NCBI GenBank assembly: GCA_032718475.1
Contig: JAUCBJ010005459.1
Location: 1 to 55,706, forward strand
From: Nemertoderma westbladi
Lineage: Eukaryota > Animalia > Xenacoelomorpha
Direction: 5' to 3'
DNA: 55,706 nucleotides
Shown: positions 38,301 to 50,661 of the stretch, one piece after another
Numbering within the stretch: the first letter of the stretch is position 1
Layout: each line of letters opens with the position of its first letter
Made by a program: the position numbers and the translations under genes
The notes under the pieces: model-generated
Told to the model about the DNA's origin: nothing
The model's input: only the letters and a program-made list of their open reading frames with translations
Database searches by the model: none

Positions 38301-38763
38301 GATGGTTTTACGCGGGTGAAGATTTCCGCGGGCGAAGATTGCACCAAACGCCCACCACCCAACCCCCTTGCACTTATTTAACAAATGTATACAAGACTAC
38401 ATATATGTAAGCTTACTAAGCTTACTTACTAGTATTTAAGTATTTTTCATCTTTGAGATATTCTGGAGTTATGTAATCAGTTCCGGACAGATTCTGGATA
38501 TTTATTGTCGGTCTCCATTGGGTGTGCATTGGTCTCTCCAAACCATCCGCTAACCTGGCGTCTGTCAGTCTGTCTGTCTTTTCGTGGGATTGCTGTTCGT
38601 AAATAACTGGCCATAATGAAGAAAACTTCCAAACTCTACCCCGCAAACACGCCCGCAAATCACATAGTTCTAACTGAACGATAAACCACACATTTAGAAT
38701 GAAAAATAATACAACAAAAATTGTCAGAAACAGTTTTAGTATCGATATTTTCCTGTTCGCCAT
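11168..38763 (-). CDS. GALNT: Polypeptide N-acetylgalactosaminyltransferase (GT27, GALNT1/13-like), 10 coding exons, about 644 aa
   Basis: Exons 38430-38763, 36054-36249, 35153-35319, 33236-33443, 29828-30001, 13483-13600, 13089-13269, 12828-12967, 11895-12131, 11168-11347 join in phase (1935 nt, no internal stop). N-terminal TM anchor, [46 protein letters not shown] and a ricin-B lectin domain. Confidence 0.95.
11441..11551. repeat. 10-bp minisatellite (TAATGTAAAG and variants) in the last GALNT intron
   Basis: About 11 tandem TRATRTAMAG units. Confidence 0.85.
11895..12131 (-). CDS. GALNT: GALNT exon 9 (lectin alpha/beta repeats)
   Basis: ttcag|CTG...AAG|gtaaga; [31 protein letters not shown]. 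Confidence 0.92.
12828..12967 (-). CDS. GALNT: GALNT exon 8 (linker), GC donor
   Basis: ttcag|CG...GAG|gcaagt; [30 protein letters not shown]. Confidence 0.88.
13089..13269 (-). CDS. GALNT: GALNT exon 7
   Basis: IWNCGGSL...[14 protein letters not shown]...[14 protein letters not shown]; canonical splice sites. Confidence 0.93.
13483..13600 (-). CDS. GALNT: GALNT exon 6
   Basis: [39 protein letters not shown]; canonical splice sites. Confidence 0.93.
13794..29570. repeat. 20-bp satellite (TGATCCTCCATTTAACTCAC), about 14 kb, about 700 units, in GALNT intron 5
   Basis: Continuous tandem array with 21-bp variant doublets, interrupted only by the RTE at 19594-21382. Confidence 0.98.
19594..21382 (+). 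mobile_element. 5'-truncated RTE-clade LINE with intact RT frame, inserted in the satellite
   Basis: Frame open 19595-21346 ([45 protein letters not shown]); (TAG)n tail; TSD TAAC at 19590-19593 and 21383-21386. Confidence 0.95.
29828..30001 (-). CDS. GALNT: GALNT exon 5
   Basis: [18 protein letters not shown]...[11 protein letters not shown]; ttag|G...AG|gtacat. Confidence 0.9.
30305..33290 (-). repeat. 55-bp minisatellite (about 54 units) derived from the 3' end of GALNT exon 4
   Basis: Unit GTGAGTGCAGCAGGGGYTGGTTGGAGCCACTACTGGCGGAGATAGTCTGGGACAG. The first unit (33236-33290) is coding sequence. Confidence 0.98.
33236..33443 (-). CDS. GALNT: GALNT exon 4 (DxH catalytic motif)
   Basis: [12 protein letters not shown]...[18 protein letters not shown]; atag|AC...AG|gtgagt. 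Confidence 0.93.
33741..35085 (+). mobile_element. Degraded 5'-truncated RTE copy in GALNT intron 3
   Basis: Highly similar to about 19921-21382 with frameshifts and an internal deletion of about 100 bp; (TAG)n tail; 10-bp TSD TAATACATCC at 33731-33740 and 35086-35095. Confidence 0.92.
35153..35319 (-). CDS. GALNT: GALNT exon 3
   Basis: [23 protein letters not shown]...[11 protein letters not shown]...[10 protein letters not shown]. Confidence 0.93.
36054..36249 (-). CDS. GALNT: GALNT exon 2
   Basis: GPGEGGVP...[24 protein letters not shown]. Confidence 0.93.
37005..37940 (-). mobile_element. Old non-LTR retrotransposon 3' fragment (RTEX-like), split by a second LINE
   Basis: NKLRTYSLF...[18 protein letters not shown] (37740-37900) continues as [27 protein letters not shown] (below 37205). 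Confidence 0.7.
37207..37740 (+). mobile_element. Short 3' LINE fragment with (TAA)n tail, nested in the older LINE
   Basis: [28 protein letters not shown]...[11 protein letters not shown], stop at 37581, ATTAAA, then (TAA)n tail at 37717-37740. Confidence 0.72.
38430..38763 (-). CDS. GALNT: GALNT exon 1 (cytoplasmic tail, signal-anchor TM, stem)
   Basis: [29 protein letters not shown]; donor A|gtaagt in phase 1 matches exon 2. An alternative ATG lies at 38769. Confidence 0.82.
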
Positions 38764-39716
38764 TATCATAATGATATAACAGTTACCAAACATTACAGCA
38801 ATCAAATATTACGTCATCGATTTAGTTATCCATATTAATAATTATTACTTTAAATAAAGAAAAAAACACTTTTAATCCATAAAAAAATACAGATTTTTAT
38901 AACTGCCAACTGAATATTTTTCAACCCTTTATATCTGGCCTAAGCAATATATAGAATAATTTTTTTGAGCTGAATGTTGAATGTTTATGTGCGAACCGGG
39001 ACTTCGTTATTTAAGAGTTGATAGTTGAATGTTGAAAGTTGAAAGCTCATGTGTGACCCGGGCTTAATTGTCCTTTTTCAGCAGTCACAACTATTATCCC
39101 GATATAATAAAGATTATATAAATTATAAAACGACAAAGTAAATTTATTTTACAGTAACCTTGTAAAGTTATGGATCACGCGAAAAATAATAAGATTATTA
39201 TGGACTAACCGTAAGTAATCTACCTATTTATTTATCACTCACGCTGTCTTGGTTATATTAATAACAGAGTGTATTATTAACTATTTTATATTAACTATTA
39301 ACTATGTTGCAATTACCTAATATATAGGAAATTACCTAAGGCCCCCCTCACACGGAGCAATTATATATAGGTATATATAAGGTATATTTGTATACTATCT
39401 GGTATGTTCGTCAACATGTTAGCTATTATTTTTATAATTATTTTAAATTTTTTTAAATAGTTAAAATTAATATATTAGCTAGTTTTTATTATTTTTAAAT
39501 TGTTGTTCTTGAACATGTTTGCTGGAATATAAAAATGTTTCAGATTTTTTTCTGTATCCTTTTTAAGAGGTATAGAACATAGTTCTAGAAATTTAGTATA
39601 TAATAGCGAAAATGTTCGTGAATTGTGAACAAAACATACAAATATAAGAAATGGCCACTATTATCTATTATACATCTTGTTAAGTAATCCAGAAATTTAG
39701 CAGTAAAACAACATAT

Positions 39717-39853
39717 TATATTGTGAATAATGTAACTTTATCTGACTTCGGTCCCTCGTTTCAATATTTCACTCACTCGCTTCGCTCATTCGTGTAGATA
39801 TTAACATTCGGAAGCGGCGTGAGATAAAGTGCTGCATTATTATACACAATATA
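39717..39853. mobile_element. Short foldback/MITE-like element
   Basis: Imperfect inverted ends TATATTGTGAATAATGTAACTTTATCT and AGATAAAGTGCTGCATTATTATACACAATATA. Confidence 0.45.
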
Positions 39854-40633
39854 CTAAATAGTTATTATTATTTCCATTGTCGAATAATAATTACTTTAGT
39901 TACTGTAGTTACAAGTACTGTACAAGTACTGTAGTTACAGGATTCTAAACTTAGTCAGACAATCAGAATACTATCCTTACATTTCACGAATTAATATCTT
40001 CTCAGTATAATATAAAATATATTACATAGTAAATATAAGCTTTGCTCTTGTACTCTGATTGTGGTGATAAATAATTAGCTGGAAAAACGTGATTGTTCGG
40101 TGTCAATTAAAAATTGCAATAATAATGAATTGCAAAGTTTAAGCGAAATATTGTTAGGGCAGCCCATATTCTTATAGTTCATATCTTCTGTATGTAGGCC
40201 TATTATATGGTTGTGTAACAGGTTGTGTAATTAATCATGGTACCGAATGACCATACCATTAAACATCTGTCACCCCTAATGAAGCGAAATATATTCCTTA
40301 TGAACCAAATGATACGTTCAATGCCTCGTTTAAATAAAATCAATAGCGTTATTGATTATGCGGCCTATGAACGAACCCCTTACTACACTGTAGGTGGACC
40401 CTCTAGATAGTGTATCATTAATCTACTGTATGTTGAATTAAATGTTACGCGAATTTTTTTAACATTTACATTTTTTTATTTTTTTTTTCGATTTACATTT
40501 TTTCATTTTTATAAAAATAAATACAATCATTGGTAAATACAATCAATACATTATAACTTATGGGAAAAACTACCTAAATGATCAGATTCATTCATATTCA
40601 TAAATTATAAATGATATTGAAATTTTGACACAT

Positions 40634-43600
40634 TGTGAGAGAGTTAGTTAGACATACTGTAATACTATATAAAATGTGAGAGAGTTAGTTAGACATACTG
40701 TAATACTATATAAAATGTGAGAGAGTTAGTTAGACATACTGTAATACTATATAAAATGAGAGAGAGTTAGTTAAGCATACTGTTTTATAATACTATATAA
40801 AATGTGAGTGAGTTAGTTAGACATACTGTAATACTATATAAAATGTGAGAGAGTTAGTTAGACATACTGTAATACTATATAAAATGTGAGAGAGTTAGTT
40901 AGGCATACTGTTTTATAATACTATATAAAATGTGAGTGAGTTAGTTAGACATACTGTAATACTATATAAAATGTGAGAGAGTTAGTTAGGCATACTGTTT
41001 TATAATACTATATAAAATGTGAGTGAGTTAGTTAGACATACTGTAATACTATATAAAATGTGAGAGAGTTAGTTAGACATACTGTAATACTATATAAAAT
41101 GTGAGAGAGTTAGTTAGACATACTGTAATACTATATAAAATGTGAGAGAGTTAGTTAGGCATACTGTAATACTATATAAAATGTGAGAGAGTTAGTTAGA
41201 CATACTGTAATACTATATAAAATGTGAGAGAGTTAGTTAGGCATACTGTAATACTATATAAAATGTGAGAGAGTTGGTTAGGCATAGGCATACTGTAATA
41301 ATATATAAAATGTGAGAGAGTTAGTTAGGCATACTGTAATACTATATAAAATGTAGGAGAGTTAGTTAGGCATACTGTAATACTATATAAAATGTGAGAG
41401 AGTTAGTTAGACATACTGTAATACTATATAAAATGTGAGAGAGTTAGTTAGGCATACTGTAATACTATATAAAATGTGAGCGAGTTAGTTAGACATACTG
41501 TAATACTATATAAAATGTGAGAGAGTTAGTTAGGCATACTGTAATACTATATAAAATGTGAGAGAGTTAGTTAGACATACTGTAATACTATATAAAATGT
41601 GAGAGAGTTAGTTAGACATACTGTAATACTATATAAAATGTGAGAGAGTTAGTTAGGCATACTGTAATACTATATAAAATGTGAGAGAGTTAGTTAGACA
41701 TACTGTAATACTATATAAAATGTAGGAGAGTTAGTTAGGCGGCATACTGTAATACTACATAAAATGTGAGAGAGTTAGTTAGGCATACTGTAATACTATA
41801 TAAAATGTGAGAGAGTTAGTTAGACATACTGTAATACTATATAAAATGTGAGAGAGTTAATTAGGCATACTGTAATACTATATAAAATGTGAGAGAGTTA
41901 GTGAGACATACTGTAATACTATATAAAATGTGAGAGAGTTAGTTAGGCATACTGTAATACTATATAAAATGTGAGAGAGTTAGTTAGACATACTGTAATA
42001 CTATATAAAATGTGAGAGAGTTAGTTAGACATACTGTAATACTATATAAAATGTGAGAGAGTTAGTTAGGCATACTGTAATACTATATAAAATGTGAGAG
42101 AGTTAGTTAGACATACTGTAATACTACATAAAATGTAGGAGAGTTAGTTAGGCATACTGTAATACTACATAAAATGTGAGAGAGTTAGTTAGGTATACTG
42201 TAATACTATATAAAATGTGCGAGAGTTAGTTAGGCATACTGTAATACTATATAAAATGTGAGAGAGTTAGTTAGGTATACTGTAATACTATATAAAATGT
42301 GCGAGAGTTAGGTAGGCATACTATAATACTATATAAAATGTGAGAGAGTTAGTTAGGCATACTGTAATACTATATAAAATGTGAGAGAGTTCATTAGGCA
42401 TGCTGTAATACTATATAAAATGTGAGAGAGAGAGTTAGGCATACTGTAATACTATATCAAATGTGAGAGAGTTAGTTAGGCATACTGTAATACTATATAA
42501 AATGTGAGAGAGTTAGTTAGGCATATACTGTAATACTATATAAAATGTGAGAGTGTTGGTTAGGCATAGGCATACTGTAATACTACTATATAAAATGTGA
42601 GAGAGAGAGTTACGCATACTGTAATACTATATAAAATGTGAGAGACTTAGTTAGGCATACTGTAATACTATATAAAATGTGAGAGTGTTGGTTAGGCATA
42701 GGCATACTGTAATACTACTATATAAAATGTGAGAGAGAGAGTTATGCATACTGTAATACTATATAAAATGTGAGAGAGTTAGTTAGGCATACTGTAATAC
42801 TATATAAAATGTGAGAGAGTTAGTTAGACATACTGTAATACTACATAAAATGTAGGAGAGTTAGTTAGGCATACTGTAATTCTACATAAAATGTGAGAGA
42901 GTTAGTTAGGTATACTGTAATACTATATAAAATGTGCGAGAGTTAGTTAGGCATACTGTAATACTATATAAAATGTGAGAGAGTTAGTTAGGTATACTGT
43001 AATACTATATAAAATGTGCGAGAGTTAGGTAGGCATACTATAATACTATATAAAATGTGAGAGAGTTAGTTAGGCATACTGTAATACTATATAAAATGTG
43101 AGAGAGTTCATTAGGCATGCTGTAATACTATATAAAATGTGAGAGAGAGAGTTAGGCATACTGTAATACTATATCAAATGTGAGAGAGTTAGTTAGGCAT
43201 ACTGTAATACTATATAAAATGTGAGAGAGTTAGTTAGGCATATACTGTAATACTATATAAAATGTGAGAGTGTTGGTTAGGCATAGGCATACTGTAATAC
43301 TACTATATAAAATGTGAGAGAGAGAGTTACGCATACTGTAATACTATATAAAATGTGAGAGACTTAGTTAGGCATACTGTAATACTATATAAAATGTGAG
43401 AGAGTTAGTTAGACATACTGTAATACTATATAAAATGTGTGAGAGAGAGATAGACCTACAGTAATACTATATAAAATGTGAGAGAGTTAGTTAGACATAC
43501 TGTAATACTATATAAAATGTGAGAGAGTTGGTTAGGCATACTGTAATACTATATAAAATGTGAGAGAGTTAGTTAGACATACTGTAATACTATATAAAAT

Positions 43601-43764
43601 GTGAGAGAGTTGGTTAGGCATGCTGTAATACTATATAAAATGTGAGAGAGTTAGTTAGGTATACTGTAATACTATATAAAATGTGAGAGAGTTAGTTAGG
43701 TATACTGTAATACTATATAAAATGTGAGAGAATTAGTTAGGCATACTGTAATACTATATAAAAT
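40634..43764. repeat. 41-bp satellite (TGTGAGAGAGTTAGTTAGRCATACTGTAATACTATATAAAA), about 75 units
   Basis: Tandem array upstream of GALNT. Confidence 0.97.
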
Positions 43765-44135
43765 AATATAAAAATATAAATAAATATAAAAAATATATAT
43801 ATATATATATAAAAATATATAAAATGTAATACTATATAATTATTAATTAAAATTATAATTTTAATTAATAATTATTATCATATCAAACAAGTTGGCCTTT
43901 TCATTCAGTTACAGTTATGGGCCGAAACGTCCGGGCCGATTGGCCGTAACGTCTGTATACCAACGCCTTGATTGCTACCCATGAGACACTTTTTGACGAT
44001 ATGGTTTTTCTAACAATCTCCCATTCTGGGATTTCCAAATTAGATATTGAATCCAGCTACGGTAGTTTCGCAATCGGCAATAGCAACCGTAAGGTAGCTT
44101 ACCACCTATAGCAAATCAATCGGAAAGATGCAGGA

Positions 44136-44207
44136 GCCTCCGTGAGGTAGTGGTTAGCATACCTGAACGTTTATCGGGAGACGCGGGTTCAATCCCCGCT
44201 GGTGGCG
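44136..44207 (+). pseudogene. tRNA-like Pol III cassette (tRNA-Asp-like body, GTT at the anticodon position)
   Basis: 72 nt; acceptor GCCTCCG/TGGTGGC with one mismatch; anticodon stem CCTGA/TCGGG; T-arm GCGGG-TTCAATC-CCCGC; T6 at 44214-44219. D-stem and anticodon loop (ACGTTTA, no U33) are defective. Confidence 0.65.
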
Positions 44208-44400
44208 AATTCATTTTTTCCGCTCCATTTGCTATAGAGTTGGATCATCTAATTCCTGTTTAAATTTCCTAATAAAATTATAATTATTTCACAATAACAT
44301 ACAAAAACTTAATGAAAGATCTTTTATGAAATGGCTATTTAATTAACCTTTACTTCAAAATCCGTGAAAGATCAACTGATCACCAGATCAACTGAAAGAT

Positions 44401-45667
44401 ATGAGTATGAGAACCCTCCTGGAGAAATACCGGCTCGGTCGTCACCCGGGTCAACAAGGACCGCGTCCCTCAGTGGTACACCAGGCTGGGGTTGATAAAT
44501 TGGCTACTGGAACAGAAGACAGAGAAGAAAGAAGAACCAACCTGTTGAAATGTAAAAAGACACTAAAGATTGCTACAATGAACGCACGCACGCTGAAAGC
44601 ACATACCAAACAGGGTGACATGGTCGCTCTGGCAATGGAATATAACATCGACATCATCTGCATCCAAGAACATTGGATTTGTCATTAAGACACTGCCATG
44701 AAGTACAATGACATTGGAAATGGATGGACGTTAGTAACAAGCTTAGCAGTAAGAAACTCTGCCAATGCATTAATTGGTGGCGTAGGAATTCTGCTAAGCC
44801 CATTTGCACTTAAGACCCTAAACAACATCGAATCTATAAATTCCAGGGTTATGATCGCAACATTTGATGGGATGTTGCTACAGTCCAACCAATGCCTCAG
44901 AGCGAGAACAAGCAGTCAAGTTTTATGAAGAACTGACTGGACTTATAAAGAACATTCCGAAACACAATGTTAAAGTCATTGCTGGTGACCTGAATGCGCA
45001 AATTGGCCCAGAAGACATCAAGCGTTACACATATAACACCAGTTCTAACAGAAATGGGTACTTACTTTTAGACCTAATGGAAGAATGTGAATTGATACCA
45101 ACAAACAACACATTCGAAAAGAGTAAGGGGAAGCTATGGACCTTTCAATACCCTAGTGGAACCAAAGCACAACTGGATTACATCCTTATAAACAAAAAGT
45201 GGAGAAACAGCATGATCAACTGCGAGGCATACAGCTCGTTCAACCTAATTGGTTCGGACCATAGAATTGTGACTGCAGAGATCAGACTCAGTTTGAGAGC
45301 AGGCAAACCCAGAACAAGCAAGCAAATCAACTATGACTGGGAGAAACTCAGAACTGACAATGCTGTAAAGGATGCTTACACAGTAGAAGTTCAAAACCGC
45401 TTTGAAGCACTTCAGTCAATGGATGAAGACCAATCCACCGATTCAATATACCAGAATTTAATAACAGCCCACAAGGAATCAGCTAAGAGGCATATCCCCC
45501 AGAAACCCAAACGAAAACAGTATGTGCCATGGCAAAACTCTGAGGTTACTTGTAAGAGAGAAGATCTTAAGATAGCCTACAAAGTTAAAACAGAACAACC
45601 AACAACCGAAAACATTAACAAGGTTGAGAAAGCTAAGGACGATCTTAAATTGGCATGTAAATTCTAA
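44401..45667 (+). mobile_element. RTE-clade LINE 5' fragment (AP endonuclease domain), frameshifted, no RT
   Basis: KIATMNARTL, IICIQEH, GGVGILL, CYSPTN, AGDLNAQIG, QLDYILI, SDHRIV spread over three ORF pieces. Confidence 0.88.
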
Positions 45668-46186
45668 ATTCATCTACATTATCAAGACCAGCATCTTTAA
45701 GCAGACGTCCGTCCCAGGAATATAAAATGGTTTACCACCATCACATTTCCTTTCGCCTACCGCCGCGATAGACAGGCTGGTCAGTTCCTGGGTAACATTG
45801 ACCACCAAGAATTATCCGTCACGGCTCTCATCTCATGTTTGTTTGCTAAAAGTCGAAAGTTCAAAATGGTCTAAGCGATTTCGAGCGAAAAAGTAACAAT
45901 TTAAGAATAAAATATTATAGTTTTATGCGGTGGTAATTTTAATATATAGATTATATTGTAAATTTATATTATATTGTTACAACTAAGTATTAATATTTAA
46001 AACGAAGTTAGTGGGCTACATGATATCAGTAACAATGACTCTAAAGTCTTTCATACCTTCAAATATTTCATACTTTTCAAAAAATTTCAAAAATTTCGAA
46101 TTTAATTAATTTAATTAAATTTCAAAAATTTCAAAAAAATTTCATACTATTTCAAAACTTTCATACATTCATTCTTTCAAAGCCTA

Positions 46187-49100
46187 CATGACCTACTATA
46201 GATACGACCTGCCAAGCTGCTGCAAAGCCCCTAAATTTAGAAAAATTTTAACTTTATAAAAAAACTTTATAAAATAGTCATTGTTTTTTTTATAATATAG
46301 ACTAAAAGAGCACCAAATCCTATATCTTCCTATTTAATAATCAATCAGATTAGATATTATAATTATTTAGAGATTAAAAAAAAACTTCACGAAAATTTAA
46401 TTCGAATTGGGAATAGACACGAATTGAATGAATTGCACAAACACGAGAATTGATTATAAAGGGAAAAAAATGTAACAGCCGGCATATCAATAATTTTAAT
46501 AAAATATTTCATAAATCATTTATTCTTATCCAAGGAAGTTTCTCTTTAGGGTTTCTAAACTTCCTACAGTACAGGCCACCAGAAAATGCAGATTAATACA
46601 ATTAATTGTGAACACATTTTATCAAATGTGTACCAGTGTAAAGTAATGTTGTTGAACGGGACAATTGAACATAATTGAACATAATTGAATTGGCAACAAC
46701 CAAAATTTTTTCGCCAAAGGATACAATTAATTGAATACTTTTGAAACGCTTAGTAATCTGGAAACTCTCTGTAGTTTGCCGCGAACTGTCACTCACTGTA
46801 GCTGAAAATGCGATAAGGATTTTGTTTACCTTTATAGTGTCTAGTAGGCCTATAGTTAGTGATGTTAAGGCATCTGCTGGTGTTTCTCTGTGCTCTCTCG
46901 GTGTCAGACTAATGGCGCGACATCTCCCTGCACTAATTAATTATTCAATGGTCTAGGCTCCTCCATTCACATACCCATCTACTCCCATACACTCTATGAA
47001 CCTCCATGTGGTCTTGTATGTAGTTCTATCTATACCAATACAGCCCATGTCCGCAATGTTACGCCCTGGGGGCTCTCTCATCTACCTGATATCAGACATA
47101 CAGGCGCACCGCACACAAAGCCTTTGTCGGTCCCAGCAAGTTAACCTCCTGCTGTGTGATCTAGAAGATAACTCGCCATAACCTGTCAATCAGATGACTT
47201 GAACAAATGTATTCACATGTGATCACATTGGGTGAAATCTGCTTTTTCTGGTGGCCTGTACTGTACCTTCTTTTCTTTATAGTGTCACAGATGCACAGAT
47301 TTTCAAGATGTAATTAATTATCTTGGTAGCGTTAATGTTAAAATTCAAATTACGGAAATATTAATATAGTAGATTTTCATGGCGAGACGTTCATTAATTT
47401 TATTAAAATCTATGCAAGTGGTCTTAAGAACAAGATAGTGGTTCCCATGTCGTATCAGAAGCAGATGGTCAGGATTGCGCAATCTTTCTATAAGTACTTT
47501 TATTGAACACAAACTTGTACAAGTTATCCAGCAACATGCTGTTCGTCCTTATATGGTCATAAGAACTACGCCACATCTTACCAACCAACAAACTCGAGTT
47601 TAGTTAGAATAATTCCGAGGATATCCCGCACAACTTTGACATTCTCCATGAGTAGTGGTGCGATCGAAACTAAAAATGGAAGTTAACTTAAAAAAGTATA
47701 ACCCTATCTGGCCCGGGCTATTTTACAATGTAGGCCCTAATTGGCCGGGGTTCATTTTATACTTTTTTTTAGATAATGGCTCAAAAATTAAAAGTTTGGT
47801 AGCATAAGGGTTATCGAGGTCGCTGATCACGATAAAACTTATTAAAAATATTTTCTGGCAGTGCAACCATCATCTTTGGTGCTGTTTTGGTCCCCCAGGG
47901 CGAATAGTTCAAGTAAAAAATTGTCAAACTAAACATTTTGTGTTTGATTTGATGATTCTGAACGTATATGGGTTTTCGTGATCGCTGATCACGATGAAAG
48001 TAATTAGAAATATTTCTGGTATATGTGCAAACCCAATTTTGATGCCATTCTGGTGCCTCAGAACGAAAAGTAGAAGTAGAAAAATTTCTCACTGTTAAAT
48101 GTTGCCTTTCGTTGTGTATTTCTGAAGCTATACTGGTTTCAAAGCCTCTAATAACGATACAACTCGTTAAAAAGAATTAGTGGTAACGCAACTATCGTTT
48201 TTGGTGTTTGTCTGGTGGGACGAAAAATGCAAGTAGCATAAAATTTCAAACGGCAAAAATCAAATTTGGTTGGATAAAACGTCATATTCGTGATCAGCAT
48301 TCCAGAAAACCGATAATGTCATAAAATGAGGTTGATTCGGTAATGATTTTTGATCAGCATCCCAGAAAACCCGTAATGGCATAAAATCAGGTTGATTCGG
48401 TAATGATTTTTGATTATCTAATTTGTGCTACTTGTATTTTTCATGCCGCACATTGACATTGAGACGTATCCAAAAAAAGCCGTAATCAACAAGTTAGGAT
48501 ATTTCTCAGTGTCATATTCGTGATCAGCATCCCAAAAAAACCACATGGTCATAAAATCAATGTGTTTTCGTGGTGATTTTTCATTATCATAATTCCACTA
48601 ATTTTTCCAAGTTTTTTCGTGCTCCAGGGGCACAAATAACTGACTAATAACTAATATAACAACATGCCTATGTTGTTATATTATACACAACTATATGTTT
48701 GATGTAGAGAATAAACCTTCCCAATGAAATCAGCACATTTTAGAACCTCAGTAGCCAAACTGTATGGCCAGTTTACCACGTTTGAAAAGTGCTACTTGCA
48801 CTTTTGGTGCTCTTTTAGTATCTATTGATAAAAAAAAAGAAAATGTTGCTTTTAATCTTGCTTTCGATTACTAATAATAAATTCAACAAACCCAAAAAAT
48901 CATAGTTATGGTTTAATGGTTATACCCAAGACTTTGAAGGGTGATGTATTTTGTGTAATTTTATCAATTCCGAAAGGTGTTGAATTGGTATGGGTGCCAG
49001 GAACTCCTCATATCTCGAAAACTACTGGAGCTATTCAATTTTTATTTGTCTCATCTGAAAGAGGACATAATTTTAGTTAGGGACAAGTACTTTCAACGCG

Positions 49101-49207
49101 CCAGACATATTGTTTCAGGGGTTCTATCTAAGATAAATAACTGGCCCACTAAATTTAGGGGCTTTGCAGAAGCTCGGCGGGTCGTATCTATACAGTAGTA
49201 GGTCATG
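46187..49207. mobile_element. About 3-kb non-autonomous DNA transposon with about 55-bp CATG-terminated TIRs
   Basis: 46187-46240 CATGACCTACTATAGATACGACC...GCCCCTAAATTTAG is inverted at 49149-49207. Subterminal ACTAAAAGAGCACCAAA is also inverted. No transposase ORF and no short TSD seen. Confidence 0.7.
46567..47263. mobile_element. Tc1/mariner-type MITE (nested)
   Basis: 28-bp TIRs CAGTACAGGCCACCAGAAAAWGCAGATT with one mismatch; TA on both sides. Confidence 0.85.
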
Positions 49208-50661
49208 CGAAGTAGTAGGCTACATTGCTTTATAAAAGTTAACAAAAAATTTCAATTTAACTAATTATCATTTAAATTATTTGAATTGAATTCTACGTTT
49301 TTTTCAAAGAATTCCAGTTCTTAACTAGTGTACTCAATTCAATAGTTTCAACAATATCCTTTTCACCTGCTATCAGTAACAATGACTTAAAATCTTTTCT
49401 TTCATACCTAACAGTCTTAACATCGTGACATTTTACCGAGATGAGATGCTGCTGCTTTATATATATAATTTTATAAATAAATACTTTGTTATATTGAAAT
49501 TAAAACCTTGTTTGCTAATTAATTTTGTCCAACTTTATTCGAAGGAGGGGGGGGGGGGGGGGGGGGATGATGGGGGTTCTCATTTGACACGACGACTTGC
49601 TAACGGCGTCTTAACGGCCGCCTCTAGTTCATAAAAGTTGTTATAAATTATTATTATAATATTAAATTATAATAGGTATTAATAATATAGGTGAACAGAA
49701 CGTGTCAGACGAAATGTGAATCACGAGAGGCAACCCGAAGGCTCCCAACTTTTGGCAGCTCATATAAAATTAGGTATGAAGGGGGGGGGGGGGGGGGGGG
49801 GGTGGCACTTGATCCCCCCTCCCGTGTTGAACTATCCTGTAACTATCCAACCATTTTTGTTTACTATAGTATCATAAGCCACTAGGTTCACATATTACTG
49901 TTGGAATGAGCCGACGGTTTTCCTTATAGTTAACAACTCATTTGGGGCGAGCCACGAAGTGAACGAAGCCTAACAATATGGGTGCAATTACGAGTTGCCA
50001 TTACGAGTCGACATTTTTTTGATCGCTAATGATTCGGCCATTCCTTGATGAAATTAAACCAAACTTGGTACGTATGCAGTCTCGTGCTGCGTGCAGGCCC
50101 CACCAACGTGTATTATTCTACCGTCTTACTGTTTCATCTCGACGTATTTTCCTTCGCTTAGTTACACAATAGGTCTATCGACAGTCGGACTGACGTTTCC
50201 AGTATTTATGAGCTACTATTTGTTCTATTAGTCAGCAATTTCCGTTCCCGGGATGTGATGGAATCGGAAATATCAATGACTGACTTATAAGTTTCGTCTC
50301 GCCACCCGACTGTGTTGAATTGGAGGCGCCGCTATTGTCTTTAACGCAGGAATGTAGTGTAAATAAAATTACACAATTTTTTATTATTAATCATTAATTA
50401 TTATTTTGTAGGGAAATGTTTTGCATTATAAGGAACAGCAATTAAATATTTATTCATTATTACATTAAACAATATTATAAGCCTACTGTATGGTACCGGT
50501 ACAACACTGTAAAATACAGAAGGTAAATAGATACAGCGTAGGTTATTAAAAGGAAATTTGGAAATAAAAAGTATATACGGAAAATTAATATAGAACTGCT
50601 AGTAAAATTATTCAATCATAAAGACGTACGTACATATTGTCGAGTCAGCTGTGTATAATCG

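Noticed and set aside
13794-43764. Tandem arrays as CRISPR arrays
   Set aside because: Units are contiguous with no unique spacers, there are no cas genes, and the context is spliced eukaryotic genes.
44136-44207. Functional tRNA-Asn(GTT) gene
   Set aside because: Broken D-stem, acceptor mismatch and no U33; treated as a tRNA-derived pseudo-element.
49546-49805. Poly-G runs as functional G-quadruplex or Gly-rich ORFs
   Set aside because: Simple homopolymers in degraded repeat DNA with no supporting structure.
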